Assembly (NCBI GenBank): GCA_038999215.1
Contig: JAWABM010000003.1
Span: 1-46,169, forward strand
DNA: 46,169 bases
Reading direction: 5' to 3'
Source: Candidatus Aenigmatarchaeota archaeon
Lineage (GTDB): Archaea > Aenigmatarchaeota > Aenigmatarchaeia > Aenigmatarchaeales > JACQIB01
Shown: positions 42,964-46,169 of the stretch, piece by piece
How the letters are laid out: each line of letters begins with the position of its first letter
Position numbering within the stretch: position 1 is the first letter of the stretch
Notes under the pieces: generated by a model
Told to the model about the DNA's origin: nothing
The model's input: the letters and a program-made list of their open reading frames with translations, nothing else
The model's database searches: none
Program-made: the position numbers and the translations under genes

Positions 42964-45701
42964 CTGCCGTAGGAGTAATGATATCCGCTTGGGCTGCTGC
43001 TTCTTGCCGTCTTCTTCCTCTTGAACTTCTCCCTTAGCTTCTTCAGCTTCTCCGAAAGCTTGCCCTTCAGCACGTGCGCGTTTGTCTTGCCCATCGGGTG
43101 CGCGCCGAACGAGTATCCGCCTGCGCTCTTCCCGCCAGCAGGCAGGAGAAGGTAGATTATGGCCCCTATTATCGCCGCCGCTGCAACGCCAGCGGCAATC
43201 AGGCTTGCGCTGAACGGCATTGCGGCCGGCTTCTTTTGCGCCTCTGCGAGCGCCGCTTGCGCGTTATCAAGCGCGCTCCTCACGTCGTCCAAGAGGTTAT
43301 ACGAGTTGAACCAGTCGTTCGCATCGGCGTATCCCTTGGCCTGCTTTAGCCTGTCCTTAGCCGTGCTAAGGTGGCTTTCCGCAGCGCTCGTGTTGTAGCC
43401 GGCGTCCCTTGATGCGTTTATCTGCTTCTCCAGGTCCTCCAGGCTCTTGGTGAGGTTCGTGAGGTTCTGCAGTATCATGGTCTGCGTGCTGTTGCTCGGC
43501 ATGACCTTCAGCGTGGCATCGGACGTTGCCGAAGTGGATGAGGACGATGCCTTGTACTTTATGCTGTAAGCCTTCACATCTGCGTTCTCAGGTATGTTGA
43601 ATTCTATTGTGAAGCTCTTGGAGCTGCCCTTTAGAATGCTCTCGCTGTCCGGAGCGGTCCACCAACCGCTGCTTATGCCTTCTATCAAAATGCTCACTTT
43701 CTCTGTGTAGTCGCCTGTGTTCTTCACCGTTATCGCGGCGCTTCCTGTCTTGCCTTGTGTTATCTGCAGGCTGGACGGGAACTCTGTGATCGTGAGCTCG
43801 TGCTTTTCGGTCGTCTGGTTCTGCTGTTGCTGGTTTGTGTTTGTGCCCCCGGTCGAGCCTCCGCTGCTGCTAACGGTGACGCCTATCGTGGCTGTCTTGT
43901 CCTGCCATGCGCCCGTGGGCGACGCGCCTGTGAAGGTTATCGTGCACGTCCCGTTGGTTGTGGCGTTGAAGGTCCACTCGGTGGTGTTCTCCTTGTATTC
44001 GCCCGGGTTCACCGTCCCTATGTATATCACGCTGGGGCCCGATATCTTGTTCACGCATGACCCGCCGCTGTAGGTCACGTTGACTTCCTGCGCCGCAAGC
44101 GAGCCGTAGTTGAATATCCTCGGGTTGACGTCGAATGTTCCGCCTATGGATTTCGATACCGACGTTATAGCGGAGCCGTCGCTCAGCATTGTAGTGCGCA
44201 GGGCCGTGTCGTTTATGGTCAGGTTTCCCAGGGAGCCGCTGCCGGCGTTGCTGCCGTTCGTGTTCTTGTCTGTTACTGACACGCTAACGGTGTAGTTTCC
44301 GCCTATGACCGCGTCGTCTTCGCCGCAGGCGGAGCTTGTTGCGGGCACTATCGCGGTAAGGTTATAGTGCGGCGTCGTGGTGACTACTGTGACGTTGGCG
44401 AGCGTCACATCGCATGTTCCGAACGAGGCGCTGTTCACGTGCGACATGGTTGCCGTGAAGTTGCCTGTAGCCAGGTTCGGCACCATTGTACCGTTCGCAT
44501 ACCTCGGTGTGACCGTGATGTTTATCGTCGAGTTGGAATACGTCCACCTGCTGTATCCTGTGTGGTTTGTAATGTCGCTTACGTTGACATCCAGCAGGTT
44601 CGTAAGGTTTAATGCCAGGCTCAGGTTGAAGGTGTCGTACGGGTAGCCGTTGCTCGTGTTGAAGAATATCCATCCCCTGTAAATCCCGGGCGTGTTGTTC
44701 GTAAGGCTGGTGTTCAGCGTGAAGTTCAGCTCGAAGCGCTTCGCAGTGTTGTTCTCCAGCGTGCCGTTCGTGGCATTGGATGCGATTGTTATGTAGTGCC
44801 CGGAGCCGTCCGTCAGGTTCGTGGAGTTCGTCACGCTTGTGATGGTGAGGTTGTAGTCCGCGCTGTTGTTTATCCAGAACCCTGTTGTTATCGTCTTGTT
44901 GTAGCCTATGTTATCGCTCTTCTGCAGCGTACCTGTTTGGAATGTGTCGTTTACTATGAGGCTCGGCTTTTTCGCCTCTATGGTGCCGTTGAACGGAAGG
45001 CCTTCAGCGCTCGAATTGGAGACCGTTATGTACCAGTATCCCGAAGTCAGGGGGTATGTCGGGCTCACATAGCTGAAGCTTGCGGTGGAGTTGACTGTCG
45101 ATGACCCGAGCCCGCTTCCGCTGCTGTTGAAGAGGATTACTGTCGCTGCCGACGCTCCGGTGCCTGTAAGATTCACCTCGAATCCGACGGTGTTGCTGAC
45201 GTTCGTGCTGTTGAAGTAGAACCTCTCCCCCGCAGAAGTGGCGTTGCCCTTTATTGCGGTCAGCCTGCTCGAATTGAAGTAGGCCGGCACGTCAAGTATG
45301 TAGGAAAGGGTTATGTTCGCCGAATCCGGGTTGCTGCTGTTGTAGATGGTTGTCCCGCCCGCGTATCTTCCAGCAGTATTGCCCGAAGGCATGCCGCAGG
45401 AAAGCGTGAAGGTGCTGGAATTCGATTCGGTTGCGTTAAGCGTCACGTTGTTTTTCGTGGAGTTGACCTCGGCGGAATATAAAAGCGCCGATGTCACGGT
45501 GCTGTTCGGTATGGTCACGTTCGTGTAGTTGTATCCTGCGTTCAGGCTCAGGTTGAGGACCGAGGAATAGCCGTTCGTCCAGTTGAAGTATATCGTTGTC
45601 GCGTTTATTGCGAACTCCGCCGTCGGCGAGGAATCGTACGCGAATGCGGCCCCCGAAATTGCAACCGCCAAAACGAGCGCTGCGATATATAGCTTCTTCA
45701 A
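42960..45701 (-). CDS. Large secreted, membrane-anchored surface glycoprotein (913 aa)
   Basis: Signal peptide, dense N-x-S/T sequons, Ig-like beta segments (ITVKNTG), Gly/Gln linker, coiled coil, C-terminal TM and basic tail. Confidence 0.85.
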   Translation of the reverse strand: MKKLYIAALVLAVAISGAAFAYDSSPTAEFAINATTIYFNWTNGYSSVLNLSLNAGYNYTNVTIPNSTVTSALLYSAEVNSTKNNVTLNATESNSSTFTLSCGMPSGNTAGRYAGGTTIYNSSNPDSANITLSYILDVPAYFNSSRLTAIKGNATSAGERFYFNSTNVSNTVGFEVNLTGTGASAATVILFNSSGSGLGSSTVNSTASFSYVSPTYPLTSGYWYITVSNSSAEGLPFNGTIEAKKPSLIVNDTFQTGTLQKSDNIGYNKTITTGFWINNSADYNLTITSVTNSTNLTDGSGHYITIASNATNGTLENNTAKRFELNFTLNTSLTNNTPGIYRGWIFFNTSNGYPYDTFNLSLALNLTNLLDVNVSDITNHTGYSRWTYSNSTINITVTPRYANGTMVPNLATGNFTATMSHVNSASFGTCDVTLANVTVVTTTPHYNLTAIVPATSSACGEDDAVIGGNYTVSVSVTDKNTNGSNAGSGSLGNLTINDTALRTTMLSDGSAITSVSKSIGGTFDVNPRIFNYGSLAAQEVNVTYSGGSCVNKISGPSVIYIGTVNPGEYKENTTEWTFNATTNGTCTITFTGASPTGAWQDKTATIGVTVSSSGGSTGGTNTNQQQQNQTTEKHELTITEFPSSLQITQGKTGSAAITVKNTGDYTEKVSILIEGISSGWWTAPDSESILKGSSKSFTIEFNIPENADVKAYSIKYKASSSSTSATSDATLKVMPSNSTQTMILQNLTNLTKSLEDLEKQINASRDAGYNTSAAESHLSTAKDRLKQAKGYADANDWFNSYNLLDDVRSALDNAQAALAEAQKKPAAMPFSASLIAAGVAAAAIIGAIIYLLLPAGGKSAGGYSFGAHPMGKTNAHVLKGKLSEKLKKLREKFKRKKTARSSSPSGYHYSYGS

Positions 45702-45736
45702 GCTCTCTCCCTCAGTATTCTATTCGCGGCTGTTAT

Positions 45737-46168
45737 TTATACCTTTCGCCCGCGCCTTTTGCTTTTGCCGCTTCTTTTAAAGAGCATTAATAGGGCCGCG
45801 ATGTCTGCCAATATGACAGCAGTTATGCACAGAAGTATTGGCGTCTCTTGGCTTTCCGTCTCTGTCATTATTGTGGCTGTCTTGTTCTCCTTTGTCGGCG
45901 TTATTGTCGGCGGAGTAATCTCTTCGGTTGGCGGTGGCGTCTGGGCAGGCGGCTCGAGCCTGGCGAATTCCAGTTCGGCGTTCGAGCCTCTTATGGCCAG
46001 AAGCGTTATTGCCACGTCTTCTGTGCCGTCGGAGTCCAGGTCCACGCGCCTGGTCTCGCCAATGCCGATTGTAATCTCATATGGCGTTGATGCTATCCTG
46101 AGCGTCACGGTGCTCATGCCTACCATGATAACGGTTATCGTGTGGTTTTCTCCGCCAAAGGAATAGGT
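45737..46168 (-). CDS. C-terminal part of a membrane-anchored surface protein (start probably beyond the window)
   Basis: VDLDSDGTEDV loop, Pro/Thr linker, TM helix, basic tail; frame open to the window end. Confidence 0.75.
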   Translation of the reverse strand, partial: TYSFGGENHTITVIMVGMSTVTLRIASTPYEITIGIGETRRVDLDSDGTEDVAITLLAIRGSNAELEFARLEPPAQTPPPTEEITPPTITPTKENKTATIMTETESQETPILLCITAVILADIAALLMLFKRSGKSKRRGRKV

Positions 46169-46169
46169 C

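Overview
Archaeal chromosome segment (~55% GC; compact, divergent genes suggest a DPANN-type lineage, which is an inference). Most of it is the translation/transcription superoperon on the minus strand: str cluster (rps12-rps7-fus-tuf-rps10), S10/spc cluster (rpl3 to secY-adk-DUF106-rpl34e-rpl14e-cbf5), alpha cluster (rps13-rps4-rps11-rpoD) and rpl18e-rpl13-rps9-rpoN. It also holds SRP RNA, six tRNAs (five with 37/38 introns), thrS, cysS, taw1 and surface proteins. Highlights: (1) a three-gene locus between tRNA-Ser(GGA) and rpl3 encodes a highly diverged family-B DNA polymerase split into an NTD+exonuclease gene and a fingers-truncated polymerase gene, divergent from a 666-aa Cas4/RecB-like nuclease with a C-terminal PIP-like box; (2) the introns of all three U34 tRNAs (Gln-UUG, Leu-UAA, Ser-UGA) carry an anti-anticodon guide plus a box C/D-type K-turn whose N+5 position is exactly U34; (3) a stand-alone C/D sRNA is predicted to target the 23S C2498-equivalent; (4) aIF1/SUI1 apparently starts at CUG; (5) unannotated small ORFs are translationally coupled inside the r-protein operons. 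All alignments were done by eye; no searches were run.
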